A DNA stretch of 64,000 bases from Candidatus Nosocomiicoccus stercorigallinarum (GCA_019119225.1 DWXM01000017.1:22165-86164); one strand, 5' to 3'. Positions 43,073 to 53,727 are shown, numbered from the stretch's first letter. The notes: generated by a model not told the origin, from the letters alone. A program made the numbers and translations.

Positions 43073-43672
43073 TTACCTCTCTCCAAAATAAATTTCATCT
43101 ACAGTTTTTAAATAATCAAATCTCGGGTTGTATTTTTCGGGGATTTGATAGCTTTCTTTTTTTACATCGTCATATCGAATCGATTTTCTTCCATCTTTAT
43201 TTTTAAAATTATCCCAGTGGACTAAAAACCGTTCAATCGGATATAAAAATACTTCATCGTGTACGTGAAATCTCATTATAATAAAAACAATGCCACCTTG
43301 CTTGTGACATTCTCTCATATGCTCAACCTGGTGCTCATGTATGTTGATGAAAGGAAACCTTGTAGGATTTCTCGTTTCTTTCACTTCGAAGTCGATATAT
43401 CTCCCTCTATAAATACCGTTATAGTCACTTGTTGAAGGTGTTTTATAATAAGCTTCTGTTATTTTAGCCTTTTTTCTCGATGGATAATCTACATTCACAA
43501 CAGTAATAGGTGTTGGTTTTTTATGGATAATCGCACGATCTGTATTTAAATAATACTTATTTGTCGTATCAATATCCTTTTCAAGCGTCATCCCACGATG
43601 GCCATATTGTACTTTTTTCTTCCTATGATTACTAGTGACATTACTTTTTTGAATACCAGCAGGATACTTCAA
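43073..43672 (-). CDS. recU: Holliday junction resolvase RecU
   Basis: RGMTLE, HKKPTP, DYNGIYRG, DFEVKET; TTG start at 43672 after AAGGA. Confidence 0.95.
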   Translation of the reverse strand: MKYPAGIQKSNVTSNHRKKKVQYGHRGMTLEKDIDTTNKYYLNTDRAIIHKKPTPITVVNVDYPSRKKAKITEAYYKTPSTSDYNGIYRGRYIDFEVKETRNPTRFPFINIHEHQVEHMRECHKQGGIVFIIMRFHVHDEVFLYPIERFLVHWDNFKNKDGRKSIRYDDVKKESYQIPEKYNPRFDYLKTVDEIYFGER

Positions 43673-43761
43673 ATTAATCATTCCTTGAGTATATTCATTC
43701 ATGTTAAATTATTATACAATAGTATATGCATATAAATCTATCTTTTAAAAGGATGAGTCTA

Positions 43762-44088
43762 TTGAATAGCGATCTTAAAAGTAGTGATTTAAAGATGTAT
43801 CTTAAAGAAGTGAAACATAAATATGAAACGGCAAAAAATGGTTACAATTACAGTTTTGAAAATGAAATTCAACCTTTTTTGAATTATGCCGATAAAATCG
43901 CAGCTTCTATAGAATCTATTTCCTCAGACAAATATTATAACAGTGACACAAAAGTGAAACTATCTCAACAAATAACAGAACTTGCAATGGCTTGTCATAA
44001 AAAAGAATTTAAAACACGTCTATTCAATGAAAAATTTAAATTCATTTCAATGTGGTTTAATTATATTATAAATAAGGAGTTAATATGA
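43762..44088 (+). CDS. YppE-like protein (DUF1798)
   Basis: Synteny (divergent from recU), YSFENEIQPF, ACH; start uncertain. Confidence 0.65.
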   Translation: MNSDLKSSDLKMYLKEVKHKYETAKNGYNYSFENEIQPFLNYADKIAASIESISSDKYYNSDTKVKLSQQITELAMACHKKEFKTRLFNEKFKFISMWFNYIINKELI

Positions 44089-44624
44089 GAGTTTTAATTA
44101 TAGGATATAGAAATTATGAACTCGGTATATTTAACCATAAACAAGAAGAAGTGACTGTTTTAAAATTATTTTTAAAAATGAAAATCATCGAATATATAGA
44201 AAACGGGGCAGAATGGTTTATCGTCCAAAATTATCCTGGCATAGATATGTATGCAGGTGAGGTATTAAAAGACTTAAAAGAAATTTACGATTTTAACTAT
44301 ATTGTCTTGAAGCCTTTTTATAACTATGATGAGCGATTTAAAGATGAAGATAAACTCATCTTACAAGAAATTGAAAATGAGGCAGAATTTTCATCTTACA
44401 TTTTTAAACGTCCTTATGAAAATCCGAGTATGTTTAAAGAAATTAATCACTTTTTAACTGATAACAGTTCACATGCTTTAATATTTTACGACGAAGAATC
44501 CGAATCGAACTTAAAGTATATATATCGTCATTTACTTGAAAAGAGTAGCAATTCTGATTATAATATTGAAAGAATTCAATTTGACGATTTAAATGATTTT
44601 ATTAGTTATCAATATGACAACTAA
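44085..44624 (+). CDS. ypsA: YpsA (DUF1273, SLOG family)
   Basis: GYRNYELGIF, GAEWFI, PYENPSMF; upstream of gpsB. Confidence 0.88.
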   Translation: MRVLIIGYRNYELGIFNHKQEEVTVLKLFLKMKIIEYIENGAEWFIVQNYPGIDMYAGEVLKDLKEIYDFNYIVLKPFYNYDERFKDEDKLILQEIENEAEFSSYIFKRPYENPSMFKEINHFLTDNSSHALIFYDEESESNLKYIYRHLLEKSSNSDYNIERIQFDDLNDFISYQYDN

Positions 44625-44636
44625 GAGGTGAAAGAA

Positions 44637-44957
44637 ATGAGCGAATATTCTCTTAACTTGTCTGCTAAAGATATTTTTGAGAAAGAGTTTGAAAAAACAA
44701 TCAGAGGTTATCAACCAATTGAAGTTGACACTTTTTTAGATGATGTCATTGCTGACTATCAGCGTATGGCAGATATGAACAAAAACTTACAAAAGCTTGA
44801 AGAAGAAAACAAACGTTTAAAAAAAGAAGTCGAAGAGTTAAGAATCCGAGTGGCAACACGTTCTCGTAGTGATGTGTCTGACAGTCAGAATCAACATATC
44901 GATATTTTAAAACGTCTTTCTAATTTAGAGAAAAAAGTATTTGGTCATACTAAATAA
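44637..44957 (+). CDS. gpsB: Cell division regulator GpsB
   Basis: [35 protein letters not shown]. Confidence 0.96.
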   Translation: MSEYSLNLSAKDIFEKEFEKTIRGYQPIEVDTFLDDVIADYQRMADMNKNLQKLEEENKRLKKEVEELRIRVATRSRSDVSDSQNQHIDILKRLSNLEKKVFGHTK

Positions 44958-44959
44958 TT

Positions 44960-45345
44960 CCCGGTGGATCGGATAATCGCTAAGGTAACTTAGAGGAAAG
45001 TCCATGCTCACACAGTCTGAGATGACTGTAGTGTTCGTGCTTGACGAAACAATAAGTCAAGGTAGCAATATGCTAACGGCAGTTTAGTTTTCTAAGTCAT
45101 TTTGATATGAAAACAAACTTGAAAGTGCCACAGTGACGATTTTTTATGGAAACATAAAAAGTGGAACGGGTAAACCCCTCGAGTGAGCAATCCAAATTAG
45201 GTAGGAGCACTTTTTCTCTGGAATTCAACAGAAGAAAGAGATATTACAAAAGTAATATAGACAGATGATTATCACTATTGTGTGAGTGTAATCTAGTGCA
45301 CGTTTTAACACATTAGTACAGAACATGGCTTATAGAGAAGCCGGG
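44960..45345 (+). ncRNA. rnpB: RNase P RNA, bacterial type B
   Basis: GAGGAAAGTCCATGCTC, GAAAGTGCCACAGTGACG, GGTAAACCCCTCGAG, ACAGAACATGGCTTA; P1 CCCGG/CCGGG; downstream of gpsB. Confidence 0.97.
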
Positions 45346-45351
45346 CTAGGT

Positions 45352-45379
45352 GACTCTCCGTTATGGAGAGTCTTTTTTT
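45352..45379 (+). terminator. Intrinsic terminator after rnpB
   Basis: GACTCTCC-gttat-GGAGAGTC followed by T7. Confidence 0.9.
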
Positions 45380-45419
45380 AAATCAATATATATTAATTAA
45401 ATATAAAAGGATGCTTATT

Positions 45420-46541
45420 ATGAAATTTAATTTTTTAGCAAATACACCAATGGGTCTTGAGCGTGTGGTGGCAAATGAAATAGAGTCTTTAGGTTACAAC
45501 ACAACGCTTGAAAATGGACGTGTTTTCTTTACTGGTGATGAAAAAACAATTGTTGAAACGAACTTAAAACTACGTACAGCTGAACGTATTCGTATTATTA
45601 TTGGAGATTTTAATGTAACGACTTTCGATGGTTTATTTGAAGCTGTTAAAGAACTCCCATGGTCAGAAATTTTAGGTCCAGATGCAAATTTTCCTGTCAC
45701 AGGTAAGTCTCATAAATCTACACTATATTCCGTACCAGATGTACAGAGAATTACAAAAAAGGCCATTGTTGAACACTTAAAAGAAGCATTTAAGCTTGAT
45801 GGTAAACTTCCTGAAACTGGTGCACGTTATAAAGTAGATATTAATATTTTAAAAGACCGAGCAATACTTACAATTGATACGTCAGGAGATGCATTACATA
45901 AACGCGGGTATAGAGTAGCTCAAGGTGAAGCACCAATCAAAGAAACACTCGCTGCTGCGATGTTACAACTCGCAAACTATACAGGAGATAATCCTTTAGT
46001 TGATCCGTTTTGTGGATCTGGAACAATCGCGATTGAAGCTGCGATGATTGCTAAAAATATAGCTCCAGGGTCAAATCGCACATTTGATGCTGAGAAATGG
46101 GATATTATTCCAGAAGATATGTGGACAAATTTAAGAAATAAATATGAAGAAGAAGCATTATACGATAAAGACGTTGAAATATATGCAAGTGATATCGACA
46201 ACAAAATGATTGAGGTTGCAAAGGAAAATGCTGAAGAAGTTGGTTTGCTAGAAGAAATTAAATTTACAGTTCAAGATGTCCACGATTTAAATGATATTAA
46301 AGATCATACTCAAATCGTTACAAACCCTCCATATGGTGAGCGTATTGGTGAAGCAAAAGCAGTGGAGGATATGTACCGTAAAATCGGACAATTAATGGAA
46401 CAAAACGATACGTTAAACGTTTATTTAATGACGTCAAATAAAGAATTTGAAATTATTATTGGGAAGCGTGCGACACATAGAAGAAAATTATTTAACGGAT
46501 ATATTGAAACAACTTATTATCAGTACTGGGGTAAGAAGTAA
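45420..46541 (+). CDS. ypsC: THUMP-domain 23S rRNA methyltransferase (YpsC/RlmL-like)
   Basis: LHKRGYR, APIKETLAA, DPFCGSGT, NPPYGER. Confidence 0.92.
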   Translation: MKFNFLANTPMGLERVVANEIESLGYNTTLENGRVFFTGDEKTIVETNLKLRTAERIRIIIGDFNVTTFDGLFEAVKELPWSEILGPDANFPVTGKSHKSTLYSVPDVQRITKKAIVEHLKEAFKLDGKLPETGARYKVDINILKDRAILTIDTSGDALHKRGYRVAQGEAPIKETLAAAMLQLANYTGDNPLVDPFCGSGTIAIEAAMIAKNIAPGSNRTFDAEKWDIIPEDMWTNLRNKYEEEALYDKDVEIYASDIDNKMIEVAKENAEEVGLLEEIKFTVQDVHDLNDIKDHTQIVTNPPYGERIGEAKAVEDMYRKIGQLMEQNDTLNVYLMTSNKEFEIIIGKRATHRRKLFNGYIETTYYQYWGKK

Positions 46542-49500
46542 TGGTAAACGATGATACTTTAAATATCTTATATAAGATTCGTAAAGAAATAAGCAAATCC
46601 AACAACAAACAGCTTATGTCTGAAATCGACTACACGATTAAAAAAGTGTATGACGACTTATTTGTTGTTTCGTTTATCGGACATTTTTCTGCTGGTAAAT
46701 CGAGTTTAATTAACTATTTATTAGAAGAAGATGTCCTACCATCTTCACCAATTCCAACGACAAGTAAAACTGTCCAAATCGAAGTTAATAACGACACACT
46801 CGCGCGCGTTTACATTGATAAGAACCATTTTGTTAAGTTAAATAATTTAAGTGAAGTTAAAGATATTAATAAAAAAGACGTTGCAATTGAGTATGTAAAG
46901 ATTATGCATGAAAGTAAAAAGTATGACGACACTTTCGTATTCCAAGATACACCAGGTGTCGACTCAAAAACATCTGCGCACGAGGAAAGCACAAATAAGT
47001 TTTTACTAAACTCTGACTACGTCTTTTTTACAGTTGAATATAATCATGTTGAAAGTGAATCGAACTTATCCTTTTTAAGTGAGATTGCATCTTATAATAT
47101 TCCGTTTTCTTTAATCGTTAACCAAATCGATAAACACGATGATAATGAATTATCCTACGAGACATTTATCCATCGTTTGAATACGACACTAGAAAACCAT
47201 GGAATCACACCAGAACATATTTTTACAACATCTATATATGACACACCATACAGACAAAATAATGAATTAGAAACATTTTTAAAAGAACTTGACCAATCAA
47301 GAAAAGAATTTAAAGCGCGTTATCACGACCGTATTATTAAAAATATTGAATCTAAACATGTGGATTATTTAAATGACACGTTAAGCAATTTACAGGTTGA
47401 AGAGAAAACTATTTCAGACTTAAAGGCACATATATCTTACTTAGAAGAAGAAAAAGATACTCAAGATGCTTCAGAAATTAAACAAGATAAAAATAAATTG
47501 AAAAATTACTTAGACAACAATGCAAAATCAGTTGTAGATAATAGCTATCTCTTTCCACATGACGTTAAAGACAGTATTCGTGAATATTTTAAAATGTGTA
47601 CTGGTGAAGTGACAATTAAAGGATTTTTTGGTAAAAAGAAAAAGTTAGATGCAATGAAAAAAGAACAATTGTCAAATGTCCATAAATTTATGCAAGACGT
47701 CATTGATCGCCAAATTAACACTCAAATAAATGACTTATTCTTTGATTTGAAAATTTCAACGAGCGACTATTTCAAATATGAGTATCATAATTCATTACTC
47801 ATCGATTATGACATTACTGAGAGTAATGAGAAATTTTTACACGTTTATTTAGATCACTTAAAACAAACGATTTCTAGAGAAGTGAGAGAACAACTCAGCA
47901 CATTTATTGATTCCTTAAATGTTAGCCATCAAAATGTTGAAACTGCTAGTAACGTAAATGAAGAATTAGCACGATATAAAAAAGCGTTAGACATTCAAGA
48001 GTTAAAAGAAGTATTTTTATCTGGTAGTTATCAAAACTTATATACTCATGTTGATGAAGATTTAAAAGTATTAAACAAAAATATTGAAGTCTCTTTAGAT
48101 CAGATTAAAGACCTCACTGAAGAGAAAGTAGATATCGCGAGCTATGACTATAAATCAGAATCTTTAAATATAGAGTTATATAAAGAAGTTACTGATTTAG
48201 TTTCAACTTCAGAAAACTATAAAGATGTTTACAATTTACTACAGAGTAAATTATCTCGATTAGATAATGACGAAGCGAATATTAGTGTGTTTGGTGGTTT
48301 TAGTGCCGGTAAAAGTACGTTTATAAATGCGTTATTAAAAGAAAAATTATTGACAACAAGTCCGAATCCTACAACCGCTTCAATTACAGAAATTAGTAAT
48401 AATGAAAAAAGCTATATTGAATACAAATCAGAAGAATCTCTAATTAAAATGCTCGAAGCTGTCACTGGTAAAACAGGAATATCTTTAGATAAACAAGTCA
48501 ATGAGCTAAATAAAAAAGAAGTTTCTAAATTATATATTCCACTTAAAAATGGATTGAATGAAAATTTTGAACTATACCGACCGTTGCTTGGTCAAACTAT
48601 TGAATCAACGAAAAAAGACATCGATTTTAAAACAAGTGAAGATAGTCACGCAATATTTATAGAAAAAGCGTATATCGGTGATGATGCACCGCTTCTAGAA
48701 AACTTTACAATCGTTGATTCACCAGGTATTAACTCAATGAACGACCGTCATACTCAAGAAACATACCATATTATCGCTAATAGTGATTTAATTATATATG
48801 TTTCATACTTTAACCATGTGTTCACAGAGTCAGATGCACAATTCCTAAAGTACATTCAATCAATTAAAGGTAAGGAATTTCCATTAACCATCATTATTAA
48901 CGCAGTTGATCTTGCTAAAGATACGACAGAAATAGAAGACGTCAAAGAGTATATGCATCAGTCGTTAAACCAGCTTAAAATTCAGCACGATATTTACGGC
49001 GTATCAAGTAAATATGCATTAAATCATGATGATGCATCATTTGAATCTGTAAAAGCACAATTTTTAGAAAATGCTGAGAATACATCAAAAGCACTGCTTG
49101 TTAAAAGTATCGATGAAAACATCAAACAATTTGTTGAATTGTTGAAATCAAACATTAAACAGTTTAACGAAGGTGAGAATTACATTCATACACTCATTAA
49201 AAATCGTGAAAAAACATCTCAATTAATTGAAAGCTTTACAGCGTATAATATTAAAAATGAAACAACAAGTGAGATGGAAAACTTATTCACATTTATGCCA
49301 AAACAACTCGAACTTAAACTGTACGATTATTTATCTACAAAAGTTTCAATAAATGATACGAGTAAAAAAGCGTTAAGTACACGATCAGAAGAATTAAGCA
49401 GTGATATTTCTCAGTATTTAACGATTGAAAGTAATACAATATTAAATAATATATTTAGATTTGTTGATCAGCTGTTAATTCAACAGCTTAATGACTTTAA

Positions 49501-49897
49501 TGTTAAACTAAGAGAAAGTAATGTTGTTGATACCATTACTTATCCTAAAACAAATCATAGTCAAATTACAGTTTCCATTGACAAGTTATTCATAAAAGAA
49601 AAAGTAAAACAACTCGAGAAAAAGACGAAAACTCACAAACAGCTTAGAGATAACATTTTAAAATTGTCTAAAGAGATTGTAGAGTCACTACAATTGGATG
49701 ATTTAAAGCGACATGTAAATGAAAATATCAAAGTATACTTTGACTCAGTCGATGCTTCATTAAAAGAAGATAAAACTCGAGTGCTCGAATTACTTCATAA
49801 AGAAGTTAAAACACCTAGTGAAGCGAAATATAACGAAAGTGTTGAATTGTTAAATAAAATAAAACAGAGTGTAGGTGAAGGTAATGTCAATTATTAA
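46541..49897 (+). CDS. dynA: Bacterial dynamin-like protein DynA (YpbR), two fused GTPase domains
   Basis: GHFSAGKSS..DTPGVDS and GGFSAGKST..DSPG. Confidence 0.9.
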   Translation: MVNDDTLNILYKIRKEISKSNNKQLMSEIDYTIKKVYDDLFVVSFIGHFSAGKSSLINYLLEEDVLPSSPIPTTSKTVQIEVNNDTLARVYIDKNHFVKLNNLSEVKDINKKDVAIEYVKIMHESKKYDDTFVFQDTPGVDSKTSAHEESTNKFLLNSDYVFFTVEYNHVESESNLSFLSEIASYNIPFSLIVNQIDKHDDNELSYETFIHRLNTTLENHGITPEHIFTTSIYDTPYRQNNELETFLKELDQSRKEFKARYHDRIIKNIESKHVDYLNDTLSNLQVEEKTISDLKAHISYLEEEKDTQDASEIKQDKNKLKNYLDNNAKSVVDNSYLFPHDVKDSIREYFKMCTGEVTIKGFFGKKKKLDAMKKEQLSNVHKFMQDVIDRQINTQINDLFFDLKISTSDYFKYEYHNSLLIDYDITESNEKFLHVYLDHLKQTISREVREQLSTFIDSLNVSHQNVETASNVNEELARYKKALDIQELKEVFLSGSYQNLYTHVDEDLKVLNKNIEVSLDQIKDLTEEKVDIASYDYKSESLNIELYKEVTDLVSTSENYKDVYNLLQSKLSRLDNDEANISVFGGFSAGKSTFINALLKEKLLTTSPNPTTASITEISNNEKSYIEYKSEESLIKMLEAVTGKTGISLDKQVNELNKKEVSKLYIPLKNGLNENFELYRPLLGQTIESTKKDIDFKTSEDSHAIFIEKAYIGDDAPLLENFTIVDSPGINSMNDRHTQETYHIIANSDLIIYVSYFNHVFTESDAQFLKYIQSIKGKEFPLTIIINAVDLAKDTTEIEDVKEYMHQSLNQLKIQHDIYGVSSKYALNHDDASFESVKAQFLENAENTSKALLVKSIDENIKQFVELLKSNIKQFNEGENYIHTLIKNREKTSQLIESFTAYNIKNETTSEMENLFTFMPKQLELKLYDYLSTKVSINDTSKKALSTRSEELSSDISQYLTIESNTILNNIFRFVDQLLIQQLNDFNVKLRESNVVDTITYPKTNHSQITVSIDKLFIKEKVKQLEKKTKTHKQLRDNILKLSKEIVESLQLDDLKRHVNENIKVYFDSVDASLKEDKTRVLELLHKEVKTPSEAKYNESVELLNKIKQSVGEGNVNY

Positions 49898-50732
49898 TGA
49901 AAAAGAATTACTAGAGTTAGATCCGTCTACATTATTACTTGTTGATACGAGAAACGTCATGGGAAATGAAGAAAAAACAAATGAACTTCTTCGAAATAAT
50001 CCGATAAAACATACGATTCATATACCAGAACACCCATTTATCGTAGAAGAGGGTGGACATAATAATGGTCGTAGTCCAGTTCCAACTAAAGGTGTTGTTA
50101 AGGGGCTATACGATTCGCTTAAATCAACAGGGAAAGATATCGTATTATTCTCAGATGATAAAAGCTTCTTTCATACACGTCTATACGTCGTATTTAAATT
50201 ATATGGCTATGACGTAGATATTTATATTGGAAGTTTAGATGTTTTAAAAAAGGTTGCTAAAAAAGTCGAAGACGTAACTGTAGAACTACCGAGAGAGTTT
50301 GAAAATATTGATGAACTACCTGACAGTAATCTTTACACCACTCTTGAAGAAGTCGAAGAAAACCTTAACGACAATACTCACTTACTAATAGATGTTCGTG
50401 CAAGATCTAGATACCTCGGTGAAGGAGATAATATGGATAGTAAAAGCGGCCATATTCCTACAGCAATTAATATTGAAAACAGAGAGTTGTTTAAAGACGG
50501 GAATATGTCACTCGACGTTTTACAAGACGAACTTGAAGACATTAAAAAGTTCGATAAGGTCACAGTATCTTGTGGTTCAGGGATGAGTGCAACACCGATG
50601 TTTACGTTTTTAGATTATCACGGTGTGCCTGTTAAATTATATGGCGGTAGTTTTTCTGAATGGGTACGTGAAGGTAAAGATATTGTGAGTAATGAAACGA
50701 CTTTAAAGGAACGTGTATCAGACATTGAGTAA
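49884..50732 (+). CDS. Two-domain rhodanese/sulfurtransferase
   Basis: IDVR..RYLG, GHIPTAIN, CGSG, YGGSFSEW. Confidence 0.88.
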   Translation: MSIINEKELLELDPSTLLLVDTRNVMGNEEKTNELLRNNPIKHTIHIPEHPFIVEEGGHNNGRSPVPTKGVVKGLYDSLKSTGKDIVLFSDDKSFFHTRLYVVFKLYGYDVDIYIGSLDVLKKVAKKVEDVTVELPREFENIDELPDSNLYTTLEEVEENLNDNTHLLIDVRARSRYLGEGDNMDSKSGHIPTAINIENRELFKDGNMSLDVLQDELEDIKKFDKVTVSCGSGMSATPMFTFLDYHGVPVKLYGGSFSEWVREGKDIVSNETTLKERVSDIE

Positions 50733-51594
50733 ATTATTAGTTATCGACGGAATGGCGCTACTATTTCGTCACTTTTTTGCAACGAGTTTTAGTAAACAAT
50801 TTTTTTACAACAAGTATGACCAACCAACAAACGGTGTACAAGGTACCATTCGTCATATATATAAGGCTATTGAAATTATACACCCTGAAAAAATTATCAT
50901 TGCATGGGATATGGGGAGTAAAACGGTCCGTACAGAGTGGTATGGTGACTATAAATCGAATCGACCACCTCCCCCAGAAGAACTCATCCCTCAATTTGAT
51001 TTAGTAAAAGACGTTCTAAATGACCTTGGATTTTATCAAATTGGAATTACAGGTTATGAAGCTGATGACATAATTGGTACAATCGCAAAAAAATACAGTC
51101 AAACAATTATCATCTCTGGTGATAAAGACTTACTGCAAGTTATCAACTCATATAATGAATTATGGTTAACAAAAAAAGGGTTTACTGAATACGACATATA
51201 TGACTACGAACGGTTTAAAAATGAATATTCAATTACACCGGAGCAATTTATCGATGTCAAAGCACTGATGGGTGATAGTGGGGATGGTTATTTTGGTGTT
51301 AGTGGAATTGGTGAGAAAACAGCGTTAAAGCTTATACAAAAACATGACACACTCGACAACATATTAAATAACTTGGATTCACTTACAACTCGCCAACGTG
51401 AAAACATATTAAAAGACTATGATCATTTAATATTAAGTCGCCGACTTGCTGAAATTATTACAGATGTACCAGTAAACGTAAATGATATTATCGAATTCTC
51501 AGATTTTAGTTATGATATCGAACGTCAATTAGATGTCTTAAAAAATTATGATCTTACGATATCAAAACGTTATGTTGAAAGTTTGGATTTATAA
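50713..51594 (+). CDS. 5'-3' exonuclease/flap endonuclease (YpcP/FenA)
   Basis: IDGMALLFR, YKSNR, EADDIIGT, SGDKDL, GIGEKTA; start may be TTG 50725. Confidence 0.92.
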   Translation: MYQTLSKLLVIDGMALLFRHFFATSFSKQFFYNKYDQPTNGVQGTIRHIYKAIEIIHPEKIIIAWDMGSKTVRTEWYGDYKSNRPPPPEELIPQFDLVKDVLNDLGFYQIGITGYEADDIIGTIAKKYSQTIIISGDKDLLQVINSYNELWLTKKGFTEYDIYDYERFKNEYSITPEQFIDVKALMGDSGDGYFGVSGIGEKTALKLIQKHDTLDNILNNLDSLTTRQRENILKDYDHLILSRRLAEIITDVPVNVNDIIEFSDFSYDIERQLDVLKNYDLTISKRYVESLDL

Positions 51595-51989
51595 TGGCTA
51601 CAATATATATTGATGCAGCGACTAGACAACATCCACATGTTTCAGTTGGCGCTGTTGTAATAAAAAATGACGATGAAGTTTATGAGTTCACAACACTCTT
51701 TGAAGGAATAGATAATAATGAAGCAGAATGGGCAACTTTAGTATATGCAATTGAGAGATGTATCGAATATAATATAACTGAGGCAATTATTTACACTGAT
51801 TCCCAAATAGTTGTTGATTCAATAGAAAAAAGATTTGTAAAAAATAAGCGTTTCAAAAAGTATTTAGATGAATATATGAAAAATGAAGCTTCGTTTAATC
51901 TATTATTTACTTCTTTTGTAATGAGAAAAAATAACAAACATGCAGATACTCTTGCAAAAAATGGACTGTACAAACATTTAAATAAGTAA
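51594..51989 (+). CDS. RNase HI-family protein (YpdQ/EbsB-like)
   Basis: IYIDAA, NNEAEW, YTDSQ, NKHADTLA. Confidence 0.88.
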   Translation: MATIYIDAATRQHPHVSVGAVVIKNDDEVYEFTTLFEGIDNNEAEWATLVYAIERCIEYNITEAIIYTDSQIVVDSIEKRFVKNKRFKKYLDEYMKNEASFNLLFTSFVMRKNNKHADTLAKNGLYKHLNK

Positions 51990-52005
51990 AGGATTAGTGC
52001 ATATT

Positions 52006-52176
52006 ATGAATCTTCATGAACTTGAGAAAATTCGTGAGTTAGAAGATAACTATTGCAAAAACTGTAAGTTAAAAAAAGTAAACAGAAAATTATATAATAA
52101 ATCCTACGCACATCATTTTTGTATCAATGAATGTTCTGTAGGACTTAAAATAAAAATATATGGAAATAATTTATAA
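52006..52176 (+). CDS. Small zinc-finger protein (zf-C2HCIx2C type), 56 aa, missing from the ORF track
   Basis: MNLHELEKIRELEDNYCKNCKLKK...AHHFCINECSVGLKIKIYGNNL; CxxC...H..CIxxC; alternative in-frame GTG at 51997. Confidence 0.85.
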   Translation: MNLHELEKIRELEDNYCKNCKLKKVNRKLYNKSYAHHFCINECSVGLKIKIYGNNL

Positions 52177-52187
52177 GGAGAATACAA

Positions 52188-53293
52188 ATGAACATTTTAA
52201 AGATCGAACCTACACCAAACCCAAATACAATGAAAGTTGTTTTAGATGAACATAAAGAAGATATGAAATCTTCAACACATACTGAAGTTAGCGATGATAA
52301 TCCTGAATTCATCAATCGTGTACTTGAAATTGAAGAAGTGACAAGTGTATTTTATGCACTAGACTTCATTTCTATCGATAAAGATCCTCGTGCGGATTGG
52401 GAGGCTATCATTCCTAAAATCGAAGCAACGTTTGAAGACGGCGATACAAAAAAGTAGTACCGCACGTCGACGAACATTTCGGTGAAGTAAAAGTAGAGTT
52501 ACTTAAATTTAAAGAAATCCCTTACCAAATTAAGTTAAATGATGGACAAGCTAGAGAAGAGTTAAGTGAAAGATTTGTACAAGCAGTAGAAAAAGCGACA
52601 TTACCGACCGATAACATTATTTTTAGTAGAAAATGGGATGCGCTTGGATTTTATTATGGTGAACTTCAAGACGTTTTAAACGAAGTTACTGAAGAACTTG
52701 AAGCAATATATACTGAATCTCGTTTAGAAGAACTCATTCAAGCTGCAAAAGAAAACAAACAGCCTGAACCGAAGCAATATTTCAAAGTTGATTTAGATAC
52801 ATTTAAAAATGAATCCGACTGGAAAAAGCGTCTCTATTACTTAAATCACTTTGACACACCAGATATATCTGATTACGAATTTTTATCGTACGCGTTAACT
52901 GACGAAAAAGTTCAAATTCGTAGAATGGCAGTGTCACTACTCGCAATGATTGAAAAAGAAGAAACATTAAATTATTTAAAAGATGCTTTACAAGACAAAT
53001 CTGTAACTGTAAGAAGAACTGCAGGAGACGCTTATAGCGATCTCGGCTTTAAATCTGGCTTAAAAGATATCTATCCATTACTTAACGATAAAAGTCCGAT
53101 TGTTCGTTGGCGTGCGGCAATGTATATATATGAAGTTGGAGACGAATCGAGTCTACCGTGCTTGTATAAATATAGAGAAGATTCATCTTATGAATGTAAA
53201 CTCCAAAAAGAACTCGCAATTTCTCGAATTGAAGACGGAGAAGAAGCACTTGGAAGTGTTTGGAAACAAATGGAAATGAGGGATAAGTCATGA
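52188..53293 (+). CDS. cvfC: CvfC/YpgR-like protein (NifU-N + virulence factor + HEAT domains) interrupted by a -1 frameshift at 52448-52457
   Basis: 0-frame [11 protein letters not shown] (NifU-N) stops at TAG 52455-57. The -1 frame is open from 52454 ([28 protein letters not shown]...) into HEAT repeats (VRRTAGD, VRWRAAM) and ends at 53293. Joined product 368 aa. Confidence 0.88.
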
Positions 53294-53727
53294 ACGCATA
53301 CGAAGATTATATGAATGAGCTTGTAGAAGCATATAGAAGAGACTTAACTAAATATAATTTTGAAGAACTAACAACTACTGATGCAGTCGATACTTTCATG
53401 AATGATTTAGACAGCAATGAAACAACTTTTGTTGTGATCAATAGTATGTGTGGTTGTGCGGCAGGACTCGCAAGACCAGCAGCTCGTACAGTTGCATTAC
53501 AAAATCCAAATAAACCTGATCACTTAGTCACTGTTTTTGCTGGGCAAGACAAAGAAGCAACAGAAACAATGAGAGAATATATCGGTCAAGCGCCTTCTAG
53601 CCCGTCAATGGCTCTTTTTGAAGGAAAAGACTTAAAATATTTCTTACCGAGAGAATTTATTGAAGGTAGAGAAGTCGAAGATATTATGATGGACTTAAAA
53701 GATGTGTTTGACGAACATTGTCAATAA
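53290..53727 (+). CDS. brxA: Bacilliredoxin BrxA (YphP)
   Basis: [29 protein letters not shown]. Confidence 0.93.
   Translation: MNAYEDYMNELVEAYRRDLTKYNFEELTTTDAVDTFMNDLDSNETTFVVINSMCGCAAGLARPAARTVALQNPNKPDHLVTVFAGQDKEATETMREYIGQAPSSPSMALFEGKDLKYFLPREFIEGREVEDIMMDLKDVFDEHCQ

Noticed and set aside
46541-49897. Large double-GTPase gene as a novel defence system
   Set aside because: Matches the known DynA/YpbR dynamin at its usual locus next to ypsC and ypcP.
52925-53293. Stand-alone 122-aa HEAT-repeat gene from the ORF track
   Set aside because: It is the C-terminus of the frameshifted cvfC frame and has no SD before the ATG.
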